Made by a program: the position numbers and the translations under genes. Of a stretch of 64,000 bases of DNA, positions 25,303 to 40,144 are shown in pieces (position 1 is the first letter of the stretch; every line of letters begins with the position of its first letter). Origin of the DNA: Patellaria atrata CBS 101060 (Eukaryota). The notes below the pieces were generated by a model. It saw only the letters and a list, made by a program, of their open reading frames with translations. It made no database searches and had not been told where the DNA came from. Where the stretch lies: NCBI GenBank assembly GCA_010093705.1, contig MU006089.1:415570-479569 (forward strand), written 5' to 3'.

Positions 25303-27851
25303 TCACATAAAGGGCTCAACCGACCAGTCATCACCCGTGAAACTCAATCCCTCGAATCCCTTTCGTATCATTTCCGCTGTGTCGTTCACGTCCATGTTTA
25401 CGCTACTGCCAGTATGTATGGGCCCAAGGAGCGGTGGCGGCTGATCCGGTACCGGGGCAAATAGATAACTCGGCCGCAGGTCCAAACGTTGCCGCTTCTC
25501 CGGCCTGAACTCCTCGCCGTCCACGGGTTGTGGACGTTCATCATTCCCATACATCGCTCTATCGGCTTCTTGGGGCAGAATGGTCTTCCACTTCTCGACC
25601 AGATCCCTGAGAATTTCCAGGGCGTGACGGGCCCAGGGGATGCGTGAAGAAAGTTCTTGAAACGCGTTGCAAGCGGCGGTGAGGTAGTCGGTTGATCCTA
25701 TAGCGGGAATGTTGATGATGTGGACGGTGCAGGCGGCAAGGAGGCAATGGATGTGGAAGGTGTAGATGCCGTTGGTTCCATAGAGGCTGAGATGACGTGC
25801 AAAGAGATCCGAGATGGTGTTTGCGGATCTTCGACAGATATCCTGCGGACTAATATCCGAGCCGTCGAATTTGGCTTTTAGAAATGGGCGGAAGAGGTGT
25901 AACACTGTGAGATGAAAGTATGCGCTAGTGCCATTAGAAAAGAACCTCATTGTTGTTTCTTCGAGGCTTACTGAAGACATAAGACGTGTGCTGGTGCATT
26001 TTCGACCCTTGCTATGATAGGAGGGAGGTTTCGATACCAGTCCAAGAGATTAGTATGTATGAGAAGAATACTCGCACCACTGATGATAGTTCGGGGTGCG
26101 AAGAACAATTGTAGCATCGAGTTGACTATTTTCGACAGTGAGGCGACCTGGTGGAATGTGGTAGATCTTGCCCCTGGTATACACGGTATCGCCATACCAT
26201 CTGCAATCCAGGGCTCATCGTCAACAATGGTATCGATAGGAGGGAGATCGACGGTTATTGCACTAAGGGGTATCTGTGGTAGCCGGCCGAGACTTATACT
26301 CGTCACTCTACACACTGTCAGCTGGAATGAGACCTACTAAAGACTCATCAATCATACTGGTCTGCAATGAAACTCCCCCAGAATGCGTGTAGCCGAAACA
26401 TCTCTTCAGCATTCGTCTCTGATGATGACTCGGGATTCAGGTGATCGATCCTCAGATGCAACCGCATGTCTAAGGCCATTCGGCCGCTTCGTCCATTGTA
26501 CAGCCATTGTGAGCTTAGGTTACCAAGATGTCCTTCTACATAACAAAGGAGATATAAAGCAGTTATTGTCGGAATGCTGGAGATCTCATCTCGTTGCAGT
26601 AAGGTCACTGCTTCTTCATAGAATTCCTGTCCTCTCCAGCATGGGTTTGTTGATACGGGTTCCTTACCGCGTCTTGCAGTAAGAAGACTCCCGGCCGCAC
26701 ATACGGCGTTCACAAGCAATCTAGAGCAATGCTTAGATTGAGACAAAGCTAAGTCATCCCAGAAGAGATCCTCTGGAAAGCTTTGAAATAATGAATGCTG
26801 CCAGCTGAAATAACATGACAAGCGTTGCCTTAAGACCTCATGATCTTCCGTGGCCGCTGTCCAATTCCGGACAGTGATTGAGACTTTCGGGTGGTCTTCA
26901 AACTGCCGCACATTCCGTCCCATGGTAGCAATACCACCTCCCTTAACTCTCCCGTGTGCTAGTTCAGGACTAAAGAAATCCGCCCCGATATTGGATTCTC
27001 CGCCTTTAAGTTGAATAGCTTCCAGGGGTTTTAACAGTTGTCCCCCTCGAATTGACGCAAGTATATTACTGTAACTCTCGTGTAACTTGAGGCGTCTTAA
27101 GATCTCTGTGAGTTCATTCGGCTTCGCCACAATCATTTGTCTTAATAGAGACTCGCTATGGTCGTGTCGAGATGTCAAAGACGAAGATCCCCGGTTCTGT
27201 TGTGCAGTACGGACTTCATAACTTAGTTTCAAGGGTGTACTCACAAGTATTAGAGCGCCTTACCGTTAATGTTACTTGAAGAAGGCCTGGGCGGTGTAGA
27301 AGAGCTTTCCCCTCGAACGTTACTGAGTGCTCGTCCAGCGATAACTTGTTGAGCGACATGATACATGTCAGCATCTTGATTGCGTAACCGACGCAATACT
27401 TCATTACTTTCCTCTTCGGATTCATGTTGAAGGACGTCAATTAGGGTTTCAAGAATATTCTTATCCTGTACAAGGCGGTTTGAATCTTCTCTGAGGTACG
27501 TGAGGCTGCGTTGCTCATCTGTCATATCATACTCGCACTTGTGCCCACCGCGAATTTCACATTGCGAACAGCTTGGACGACGTCCGTCACACTACAACAA
27601 CATATCAGGTTAGTTAAAACTAGCCCAGGCATTCTTGGAAAATTGCAATAGACCTTAGTTTTCCTCTTACGACATGATATACATGCTACAATTGTGATTC
27701 TCCCACGCTTCGAAAAACCCTTCCCGGGGAGATCCCCTCGAGAATTTTCAGACGAGCCATTATCACCGGATTCTTTACCAGAAGAAGACTTGATCAACAG
27801 GTTCGAACTCGACGAACTCATGGGATCGGAAGGGACTTGCACTCCGCTCAT
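25303..27851 (-). CDS. Zn(II)2Cys6 transcription factor with fungal-specific TF domain (NirA-like architecture); about 5 exons
   Basis: Spliced cluster ACISCRKRKTK|CDGRRPSCSQCEIRGGHKCEY; middle region YFSWQH..CSRLLVNAVCA..GRMALDMRLH..AFWGSFIADQ; LHLFRPFL. Confidence 0.9.
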
Positions 27852-30432
27852 TGTAGAACCTTGCCACGAAAAAAGTCTGAATTATTGCGCTTAAAAACGT
27901 TTAGTGCCCGGTAATCCTGCTAGTCACAGAACATTTCGGAGTCTAAAGCCGACTGGACAGTGATGCTCGTAGTCCCAAAGGGTGGGTGTTCCTGTGCCTC
28001 AGGACTGGAATAAACCGTACAGATACAAATCCCGAATTCAGGTAGCGTCCTCGTCGATCTGGAGTCGGAGGGGAGCCCGTGTCCCCGAGGGCTTTCAAAA
28101 GAGACAATGAGTCGCCGGCACAAGAAACCGGGCACAGAAAAGAATCAAGATGTCCCCAATGGGACAAAGATCATGACGGTAATGACATGCGACAGTATGC
28201 TCGCCCAAGAGTACGCTGTCATTCTTCGATGACCTGATGAATATGCCAAGAGTTAATGGGCCAGGAAGGCTAGAGCAGATCCATGCAAGATCAGCCGGAA
28301 TAGGAGCAAATTTGATCCCTAGAGCGTCACGTGAGTATGGAGAGTTCGGAGTATATTCCATGGCTTTCGCTCATGTCGAAGCCGGTGGCGATGATGGACG
28401 GAGCAGGAACAAGTTGTTATGTGGCGAAGAAGACACATTTTACGAGATAACAACATGTCCCAACCGAGGTATAGCTGACTGAAAGTGGGATTTCATCCTC
28501 CAGACTTCTCAAGAAGATAGACTATATAGTAGATGAAGAAAGATTAGTGATTCTGTGCCTATATCAAGCTTTGCATCCCAAAAGAGTCGTGAGAGGATAC
28601 GAGTCTTCCGAGCTCTTGCCGATTATATAATCGCCTTAGCGCGCAGCCGCGGGATCGCATAAATTCTTGCACGTACCTGGAACCTTTTCTGATTCCTCAT
28701 CAAAAAGCCAACGGAGCCAGCCACGACAACCGCTCAGATTTCAACAGCGGACTGTTGCCAGTTGCATCTCGATGCAGCGAGGCTCCGGAGAACAAATCTC
28801 TTTCCCGTTAGGAAGCTGCTCTCTCGATGTGTCGTCTTAAGTGATGGCGATGGGTTTGCGGTGTCGAATAAGGGAATACATACTTTTCGATCGAATGATG
28901 ACTTTCGAACCTTTTGTCTCAATCAGCAAACAAAGAAATCATCTGGTGTCTTTGAGAGTTAACCTTACGTATCTTGAAATGAAGTCTCCCCAAGTTCCCG
29001 TCCATACCAACTTCAGAACGTCTCGTGAAATAGTTGTTGGTTTTGTCGTCCGCTCGTTTGCCACCTTGAAGTGTCAGCCATTATTGTGATATGTTTGGAG
29101 GAATTGTCCCTTACCCGAACCCTATATACTATCGAGTGGTTAGTTAAAGATATTTGAACTATATTGTGTTGAAGAGGTGTCGCTTTCGACACCTCATGGT
29201 CAAAAGCAAGTACTGTACAGTACAGTGCGGTCAAGAAGAGAGTAGGAATAAAAGAAGAAATTAGGACTTCTTCAAGAAGAGAAATCAAATTGTGATGGCT
29301 CGTTGTGGCCAACACTCCATCGAATCAGCTTCCTGTATGACAGAAACTGGAATCTGTTCGTCGGTACCGGGGCCTGCTCCGCGGTCGAGCGTCATATATC
29401 GGATAGTACGGTAGGTGGTAGAGTGGAAGAATCTTATAACAGTAGCTACCTAGAGCCTAGACGGGAGCACGTTTTTGACTGGGCCTGTCAACCTGCATTA
29501 CCTTAGAACAAATATGTCGCAATACTATCAGCTCCACCCGGCCCCGACGGAGTAAGCTCCGGTTCATTATCCTCCCCTCATCCCATCTTGGTGTTTACCC
29601 GTACCTTTTCATGGGCCCTTGAATTCGCGACTTGCAGCATCCCACAGCCTTGGTTGTGGCCACCTACCTCCATCCCGCAGACTTTCACGACTTCTTCCTA
29701 ACTAGTCGGGTGTAGGAATCCAATGTCAATTCCTATAATGTGCATGAAATCCATGCTTCGACACGAATATTCTTATCACTATAACAGTCTGACAGTCACG
29801 AAAGTTTCCGCCCTCTCGAGTTACTCCCTAGACAAGAAGTATCGGAACCGTACAGGATAGCTGATAGCGGAGATGGAGAAGCTCAGTAGGATGTTAATAT
29901 GAAGTAAGTGATGAGATGATCCCAAAGTTCACTAAGCGCTGACGGGAATTTCTAGTGCGGTACTGCGAACAAACCTCCTCCCCTTCCTTCGTGACTGGAT
30001 ATACGGGGGACTCATCCCTAGGGGTATACCTCCATAGTGGGATATGAACTCTATACTATCATCTACATCCCACCCTCCTTCTATCCCTGGCCTACTGTAT
30101 TGACACCTTTAGGAAATTCCCTAATTGAGCATACTAGAGGATTTTGAAGTACAGATGGCTAGCTGTACAAAAGTCTTGTCCTATAGAAGAGAGTCGCAGT
30201 GACTGGACTATACAAGTGGTCAACTTGTAGAATATGATCCTGTATACAAGGCAACTCCGGACATAAACAGACTGAGCAGTACGAAATAAGTCGGCAGTAC
30301 AATAAGTTCACCGTACAACCAGGGACCACCATAAGAAATATGTCAAGTGTACAAAACTTGTCGACCACACAGGATACCAGACCATGTAGAACCAGCGGAC
30401 GATACAGGAGCACCGGACCGTTTAAGAGTTCC

Positions 30433-30594
30433 AGACTCTACAAGAGGACTAGACTGTATAAGAGGACCAGACTGTACAAGAGGACCAGACTGTACAAGAG
30501 GACCAGACTGTACAAGAGGACCAGACTGTGCAAGATCACTAGACTGTACAAGAGCACTAGACTGTACAAGAGCACTAAACTGTACAAGATCACG
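30433..30594. repeat. 18-bp minisatellite, 9 units, consensus AGACTGTACAAGAGGACC
   Basis: Tandem copies read directly; more degenerate copies continue upstream to about 30160. Confidence 0.95.
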
Positions 30595-31902
30595 ATAAAA
30601 GAAACCCAGACAGCACGGGAGCACGTAACAGCACACCAGCTTCCTTTATAAAGTAGTCGAACTAGACAAACAGAACCTATGATGCCAGTCTTCAAATACG
30701 CTCCCGAAGCTCGTTCAGTAGATCAGTTATAAGGATGAGTACTTGACTAGGTAATGTACTACCCTCGCTATTCTCGTCAAGGTAGGTTTTAGCATTGAAT
30801 AGACCCGACTGCTTCCATTACGTTGTAGAAGAGGTCTTCGGTTATCGTCGGTATTAAGATCTCTAAGCCCCGTATAACCAAAGGGCATTTGTCTTTAAAT
30901 AGTCGTGTCTTATCATTTATATACACTCGTTGGATTCGAGGTATTTGCTATCGAATACTGCCTTAAGATACTGCTTACAGCTCCTCTCTCGGTACGTCAG
31001 AATCTAGTGCCCACAACCCGAAAACCAGATATTCTTTCCCGGCCGTGATGTATACTTAAAAGCGCATCATCAGGCCCGTATCATACAGCACAAACCGACC
31101 TTGAAACACCCAAACTCATAACTCCACCCATCGCACCGACTCCCAGAACATGGCGAGCGAGAACGATAAATGGGGGCGATGTCAGCTATTCCAAGCCCCT
31201 TCGAAAACCCCGGAAATAAATGGTAGTCCAACACCCCCCCATACATGACGCCGTGGTTATCCTATCACCGAGACATGATAGCACAGCCGGATGCACCTAC
31301 GGCACCGCGTCGAAATGATATTGAAGGCGGGTTGGATGGTGTGGTGGAGATGCGGTTAGGGTAGCTCTACCCTCGGTCTTTACCCCGCTTCGCATACACG
31401 ACGGACTTTGGACAAAAGGATTCGATCGTGGTTGAACAGGAGGGGATAGTTTGGTGGAGGGGATGGGAATGAGAAGGGGGACTGCTTTGATTGTGTAGGA
31501 AGGGGAGTGGTAGCTAAAGTGAGATGGTGGGTCGTACTATGATATTAAGCTCTCCATGCGAGAGGAAGAGCCAGAGGAGTAAGTGGGAGATATCAATTTG
31601 CGGTGGTCTTCGTGGGGGAAGTACGACTCGAGGGTCCGGTTGTTTAGTCTTGGAGGATGAGTCGCTGGGAATCTGGCTTCGGGTCGTGGGAAGTGGTGGT
31701 TGATGTCAAATATATTTCAAATTACCTAACGAGAGTTTTCGGTGGGAATTTATGACAGCGTCGGACGGGGTAGGATGGGTAAAGTTTGAGGATTGTGGGA
31801 GGGCAGGGGATGTGGAGGATGTGTGGGATATGAGATTTGGATGGATGGGGGGGTTGTACGGTATTGGGGGAATTTGAAACGGTGTGAAATTCTATAGGAT
31901 AA

Positions 31903-32046
31903 GGGAATTGTACGGAATACGGGAACTTTACGAGATAGAGGAACTGTACGGGATCGGGGAACTCTACAGGATGGGGCAACTGTACGGAATATGGGAACTG
32001 TACGGAATATGGGAACTTTACGGAATATGGGAACTGTACGGAACGT
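31903..32046. repeat. 18-bp minisatellite, about 8 units, consensus GGGAACTGTACGGAATAT
   Basis: Tandem copies read directly; degenerate flanks extend over about 31850-32300. Confidence 0.9.
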
Positions 32047-32349
32047 AGAAGTATACAAAATGCCGAGGCCTATATATAGCGTGGGGATTGAACCGAAGTT
32101 TAAGAGTGTACGGAACCGGAGTGTGTATAAAATCTGGAGAGTGTGTAAAACTGAAAGTATATAAATGGTGAGGAGTGAACAGGACGTGAAAAGCGTATAG
32201 AACGTGGAATGCGTACAGAATGTGAAAAGTGTACGGGATATAAAGAAGGCACAAATCATTACGAATATAAAGGACGTAGAGCCCGTATAGAACTAGAAGA
32301 TTTTATAAATAGTTGAGACTGTATTCAATACGCAGACCGAATAATGAGG

Positions 32350-32455
32350 GATAGTGTATAGATGAAGAATAGTGTATAGATGAAGGATAGTGTATAGATG
32401 AAGGATAGTGTATAGATGAAGGGTGGTGTATAGATGAAGGATAGCGTCCAGATAG
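32350..32455. repeat. 18-bp minisatellite, about 6 units, consensus GATAGTGTATAGATGAAG
   Basis: Tandem copies read directly; degenerate periodicity continues to about 32560. Confidence 0.95.
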
Positions 32456-34882
32456 AGCAAATTGTACTATATAGGGTGAAACTGTACAGACAGGGGGCTT
32501 CTATAGATATGGCAGATTGTGATGAATGTGGAGCGGGTACGTATCATGACGGCCGTACAGAACCTTGTGAATTCCGAAAAGGGCCAAATTAGTGTTGCGT
32601 CATGATATATATGGCAATTGTAAACCAACCGAGGAGTACATAGTTTTATAGAAGAGCAATATATACTTGTGACCCTGGTACTGTAAGTATCGGCTATTAG
32701 TTTTGTGCTTATAGTATATACAGTGTCGTACTCCAAGGTTAAAGTAACTTCTGGAATCCCGTTGGTTTCTATCCGTAGGTAGGAGGTCCCTCTTTATTGT
32801 ACGTGTAGGAGCTAGAGACGTACTAACGAGGGAAAGCAGTAAATAGTACCTTATAATGTTAGGAGAAAGCTGGATATGCTAAGGATAGGTAGCCCGTTCT
32901 ATCTTCATCGGCACTGAGTTGGTTTCTAGAGCTAGATGTGATGAGTGTGAGAATAGGTGACACTCAAATTAACCTTTATCTTGATAGTACTAAGGTACAG
33001 CGCTAGTAAGTTTGATGCAGTGGATCTGAGTGAAGCTGTATATTTCTCCGCTATAGTAGGTTGCTAGGAGTTTCATCTTGACGATCTAAGTCCTTATACA
33101 CCGCTGTTATTTTCTTTAGTTTTACGATTATCATGTACGGTATGCATATATTCTGAACTAGCCAATCACAGTAAATGGACCAGACCGAGATAGAGTATAA
33201 GACATGCGGTCAGTTATCGTTGGGAATATATAGTAGGGCGGTGTGTAATCGGCCGAACCTACCTTACGGTTATGACTGTTGACCGGTTGACTAGTTGATC
33301 CCATTGACCGATGTAGGGCATTTCTGGATAGCTATCCTACCTTACATGTGTGCATATTTGTATGTCTCAAAATGTTGTATAGCAGCAGGTATCACATCGT
33401 CCTCCAATGATAATGCTCTGTGACTGTAGATAACAAAAGCTAATTCCAAGACGTTCGAAATAGCAAATAGAGGATTGAAGCTCTTTCCTCTAGAGCTAGT
33501 AATGCGCATTAGTCGAGCTAGGACTCAAGAGTGATTTTATAGTTTGCTCCCGGTGAGAAGCCTCACCAGCTCACCTGCTACAATAACACACAGCAATGCA
33601 GGGCGTCCAGTTCGTTGCATGGGCTGAGAGTATGTGCGAGCCCGATTCGCCAGCTAAAATGTTCAGCCTCAGGTTTGACCTGATATCTGAACGAGAGGAT
33701 TCCCAGCTTGATGTCTAAGACAGCCGGATCTTTTTAACTTTGGTTGATAAGGATTGAGAAAATGGAGATTGGTCCTTGTCAGCGGTTGCAGTTCCGAGAA
33801 CATTCCTTTGAAAAGAGCGATTTCTGGAAATGGATGCGAGGCTGCAGAGCTGCAAAGCGTCCAGAACAATACTTGAAGATATTGAAGTTGATGTGGGACA
33901 AATTTTCGGAATGTCATGAGCGGCGGAAAGACTGTTGATTGACAGAAGTTTGCCCCGTCGAAGAGGAGTTCGCCGATGGTCTCGAATATAATGCGTATTC
34001 GCTTTTGCGGTACAAGCGAAGAATGCTTGTTCAGAGTGTACAGTACTCCGTATGTATAAGGGAATAACCGTAATCGCTACAGAGCATCCGGTATACGAAA
34101 AGCTTGAGCAGTGCGGCTATCGAAATTACTAAAGTAAGTAAAAAATAGTTGAGAGCTTTAGGAGTTGATACGCTGTGGCACTGGAAAAGATGTTCTAGCG
34201 GCTGCTATTTTTATTTTCGGCGAGTGGAGCCTTTGCTGACTGCGCCTCCGACGTTGATCGTCAGGAACCTCGAAAAGTCATGTTAGCCTCACATGCTTCA
34301 CTACCCACAGTAGGGGGTGAAGAAGTGAACAATCTGGTGAGTTATGTTTGCAGGTGACGCGCCGTCTGCCGTGTACTTTCTTCGTAAAGGAGGAGAATTG
34401 CCAAAGTAGAGGGGATCCGCATATGTGGGGTGAGGGTTTGGAGCAGTGGTGACGCCGTTGCTCAGGGGTATGAATGTGAGAAGCATGGCAGATGCATAGG
34501 TCAACTTTTTGGTATTCCACTGAGAGGAGCAACACCAAGACAGTACGCTCCATCGGTACAGGTTAGCAATATTAAAGCTACTGTATGGATGCTATGGATG
34601 TCCTAGCAACTATGAAGTTTCATGCTATGCGCCACTCAACAAGGAACCAGCACGTAAAGCCTGGGCCAAGCAGCTGAAAACGACCTTTGTGTGGGACGTT
34701 TGTTGTTTCGGGGCCTCCACTTGTGATCAACAACATTTAAAAGCCCACCATACCCACTCCCCTTCCAACCTCACACCATACTCCTCACAAAACATTCCAA
34801 TCTGTCATTTGACCCGTGTTCAATCGATCATTCCCCGACAAACTTCCATTAGAAATATCCTGTACATTCGCTAGTATCGACC

Positions 34883-37218
<2,336 letters not shown>

Positions 37219-37655
37219 TTGTTTTCGATGTTAGGGAAGGGAACCTCTTAATTGAAAAGCAACGCTAGTATAGGGAGGTGGATTTCTTTATTGGATAATT
37301 CGGACGGTGGAGCTAGCTAGATATTATGCCCCCTATTCAGGGCCCTGATAATGGATCGGGAACTCATGTACTTTAGGTGATGGAATGATGGAAATCTCGA
37401 TTATGTTAAATTACCTTGTCCCTTTTTTCCACTTCAAGGTCTAATGATAGTATTTTGCCGTACTCCTACACACATGAATTCTCCTATCTCTACTCTCCTT
37501 TCCCCATCCAGCGCTAAAAAAGAAGAAAAACATGTATCTCAACGACGGCACTCCGAACTCTATACTATCTATCCAACGCCGCCATCCTCTTACAGTTCAA
37601 AAAAAAAAAAGAAGGTAAGTACCGATCATACCGCCAATGGAGCAAAAAGTCAAAA

Positions 37656-37774
37656 ACATACAGCAGTACGCATTCGCTGATGGTCACCCACTCAACTACT
37701 ACTGCACCGATACAAGGCTTATATATGGCAGAGCGAACGGGATGCCTAGTTTTCCTTGTTCTATGGCCGTATGT
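37656..37774 (-). rRNA. Dispersed 5S rRNA gene (119 nt)
   Basis: The minus strand reads ACATACGGCCATAG..CATCCCGTTCGCTCTGCC..TAAGCC..TAGTAGTTGAGTGGGTGACCATCAGCGAAT..CTGCTGTATGT, with a terminal stem and a downstream T-run terminator. Confidence 0.95.
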
Positions 37775-37795
37775 GGAAGTCAAAATAAAAATTAT

Positions 37796-37804
37796 GGTAT
37801 ATAA
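37796..37804 (-). promoter_or_regulatory. TATA-like element about 25-30 nt upstream of the 5S gene
   Basis: The minus strand reads CTTATATAC. Upstream TATA boxes are known for dispersed 5S genes of filamentous ascomycetes such as Neurospora. Confidence 0.6.
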
Positions 37805-38718
37805 GGGACAATTGTTTTAACACCTCCTTACTACACGATCTGATCCACGATCGTAACTTGGCTGGCTGATTGATTAGATAACGAAATGGCCAGCTCCGGG
37901 CTTGGCATATAGATATTTTTCCCTTCACCATCTTACGTAGAATATTCGATAGCTTTTCTCTCTTCAATCTGTTGTTCTTCGTCAAAAATGGTATCCGTGT
38001 GGCCGTACCTCGTATCGAAGATGCTCGCCGTGACAAGTTTCCGATTTCAATAAACTGCTACTTAGTGCAGACCTATATATATACTACCATCCACGAGAGC
38101 GTTAATCTTAAATCTAGAATATCCTTTTTAGGAATAAGTTTCTGTTGTATTTAGTATTTAGATATCTTCTTATCCTAATATGTCTTTCTTCTTTACGGTC
38201 TTTATAACCGGAACATATTAATACTTCTATATCGTGATCCTTATTAGAGCTATAGATCTTGCTTTTTATTTTTTTATTTTGAAAAAGCTAAATTAGCTCA
38301 TAATCTGTCTCTCCGGCCTATGTTTAACATATAGTTCCACAGATTTTCGTTCACTAAATCTCTATGACTTGTTGAAAAAATATACTGCACTTAGGTTGTA
38401 CAATGGGCACGCCACAAATTAGCCACTTGGGGGCCGGCGCTTGCATCTGTTTTATCGCACATATATTAGACGTGGAGGCTGCAGATTGAATTCCAAAAGT
38501 GGAAGTAGATGGCCCAAAAATTACCAGTTCAAGCTAATTGCAGCAATAGAATAGAAGATTAGTGTGCATACAACTTTCATTCCTACTTGAATCTAATGCA
38601 CGAAGAGGGGGAAGCGGGTTCCAGAAATCATGTCTTCAATATCATCATCCGCTCGTACTATCTTTTTTGGTCTTCTCAATCTCGGTACTCATAAAAATTT
38701 CAATACACTTAGTCCGAC

Positions 38719-39439
38719 ATGCTGCTCCGAATAGTTCTCCTTCTCACCTTTCTCACGGTCTTACCCTTTACCGTGGCAGACGGTTTAATATCCCTTGACT
38801 CTTCCAACGGCTTCAGGAATCTACGAAGTTGCGCCCTCGTCTGCTATAATGGTGGTATTCGAGATGGATACGAGGTCGCGAATCAGTTAGACTGCAGAAA
38901 ACCAGGCCTAGTATATGTTCCCCCAGATAATGACTGCTTCTGTCGATCCGATCTCCAGGAAACCGCCGTTCGATACCTATCAAATTGTGCGTTCACTTCC
39001 TGCAGTGGGAACCAGTTGGACGCATCGAGCGCGACGCAGGTCTATGAGGACTATTGTAGCAGTGCCGGCTACACTGCTGCTGCGCCAAACTCTGTTTCGG
39101 CGCAAACTACAGGTGGTATGTTGTTCTGGGGCTTGTCCTTATGTTACTTACCAGCAAGTACTAGGAATCATGAGAACATCGACATCTTCCTCAGGCACGC
39201 TGGGAGAAACTGGCTCGTCCGGATCGGATACTTCAAATTCAGACCAACCTTTCCACGATGATGGATCCAATTTTAGCATCGGCGGAATAGTTGGTATCGG
39301 TGCTGGCGTGGTTGGTGCAATCGCGGCGGTGATAGGATGCTTCTACATGCACAAGCAATACCAGAAACAAAAACGTCAAGGGACACAAGCAAACCTGGAA
39401 TATTCCGGACAAAGAAGAATTCCACCCGTTTACGCATGA
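38719..39439 (+). CDS. Single-pass membrane protein: signal peptide, Cys-rich (CFEM-like) ectodomain, Ser/Thr linker, TM helix, short basic tail; intron 39116-39164
   Basis: Hydrophobic N-terminus and 8 Cys (CALVC, DC, CFC, C..SC, YC). A GTATGT..TAG intron joins it in frame to SIGGIVGIGAGVVGAIAAVIGCFY. Confidence 0.75.
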
Positions 39440-40144
39440 TATTCTCAGAAGTAGCCATAGTAATTCAGTATGCTCTTGTATTATGATTATGCTGTTTTTC
39501 TTATCTTGATGACTACGCTGATGCCTATCCACACATTCTTACACCGATATTCAAAAGGCGTGCGACTAGGCGCCAGACAATGCATTGGATCCATATCAGT
39601 TATCCCAGGACCAGAAACCAGGCTTCTTCAATCAACACATAGCAGAAGCGTTGAAATAAATTAGATAAACACTATAAGCTAGTGGACGAACGAATTTTTC
39701 TCTCCTATTTTGTCCTTCCTGTCCATATATATGAGCGTTCTCGTCAACCAATGTGTATGCAGTATTTGCGGATCATGGCGCATCGGCCTGCGGTACGGAG
39801 CATACTCTCGGTAGGTTAGCATGGCCAGGACGACCACGTATTGTGAGCAGCCTGCAGTAATTATCTAACTTATATCAAGATAAAGAAGAGAAGAGTCTGA
39901 GGGCAGGTTTAAGAAAAATATTACTGGCTGATCTTCGGATGCAGGGCACTCCATGGATACCTACTACGGTAGTTCTAGGGTCTAGCTTGTTATATGTATC
40001 TAGACAGAACTTTTCTATGCAAACTCTATTGCTTGTCTTGACATACCACCATTAGGATTTATCTCAACCTCTTTGTAGCCGCTGGGTAGTAATATACATA
40101 GCCATCCTGCTGGTGTGTCCCATCATCTTTTGTCACTCACCCTC

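Noticed and set aside
32081..32098. T-loop-like GGTTCAATCCCC on the minus strand (possible tRNA)
   Set aside because: No cloverleaf can be built, and it lies within degenerate minisatellite.
30433..32455. CRISPR-like array
   Set aside because: Repeats are head-to-tail without unique spacers, the host is a fungus, and there are no cas genes.
32938..33029. Box C (GTGATGA) and box D (CTGA) spaced like a C/D snoRNA
   Set aside because: No terminal stem and no rRNA-complementary guide that I can recognise; snoscan would settle it.
34000..34882. glmS-type ribozyme upstream of GFA1
   Set aside because: No matching conserved core was seen, and the element is bacterial.
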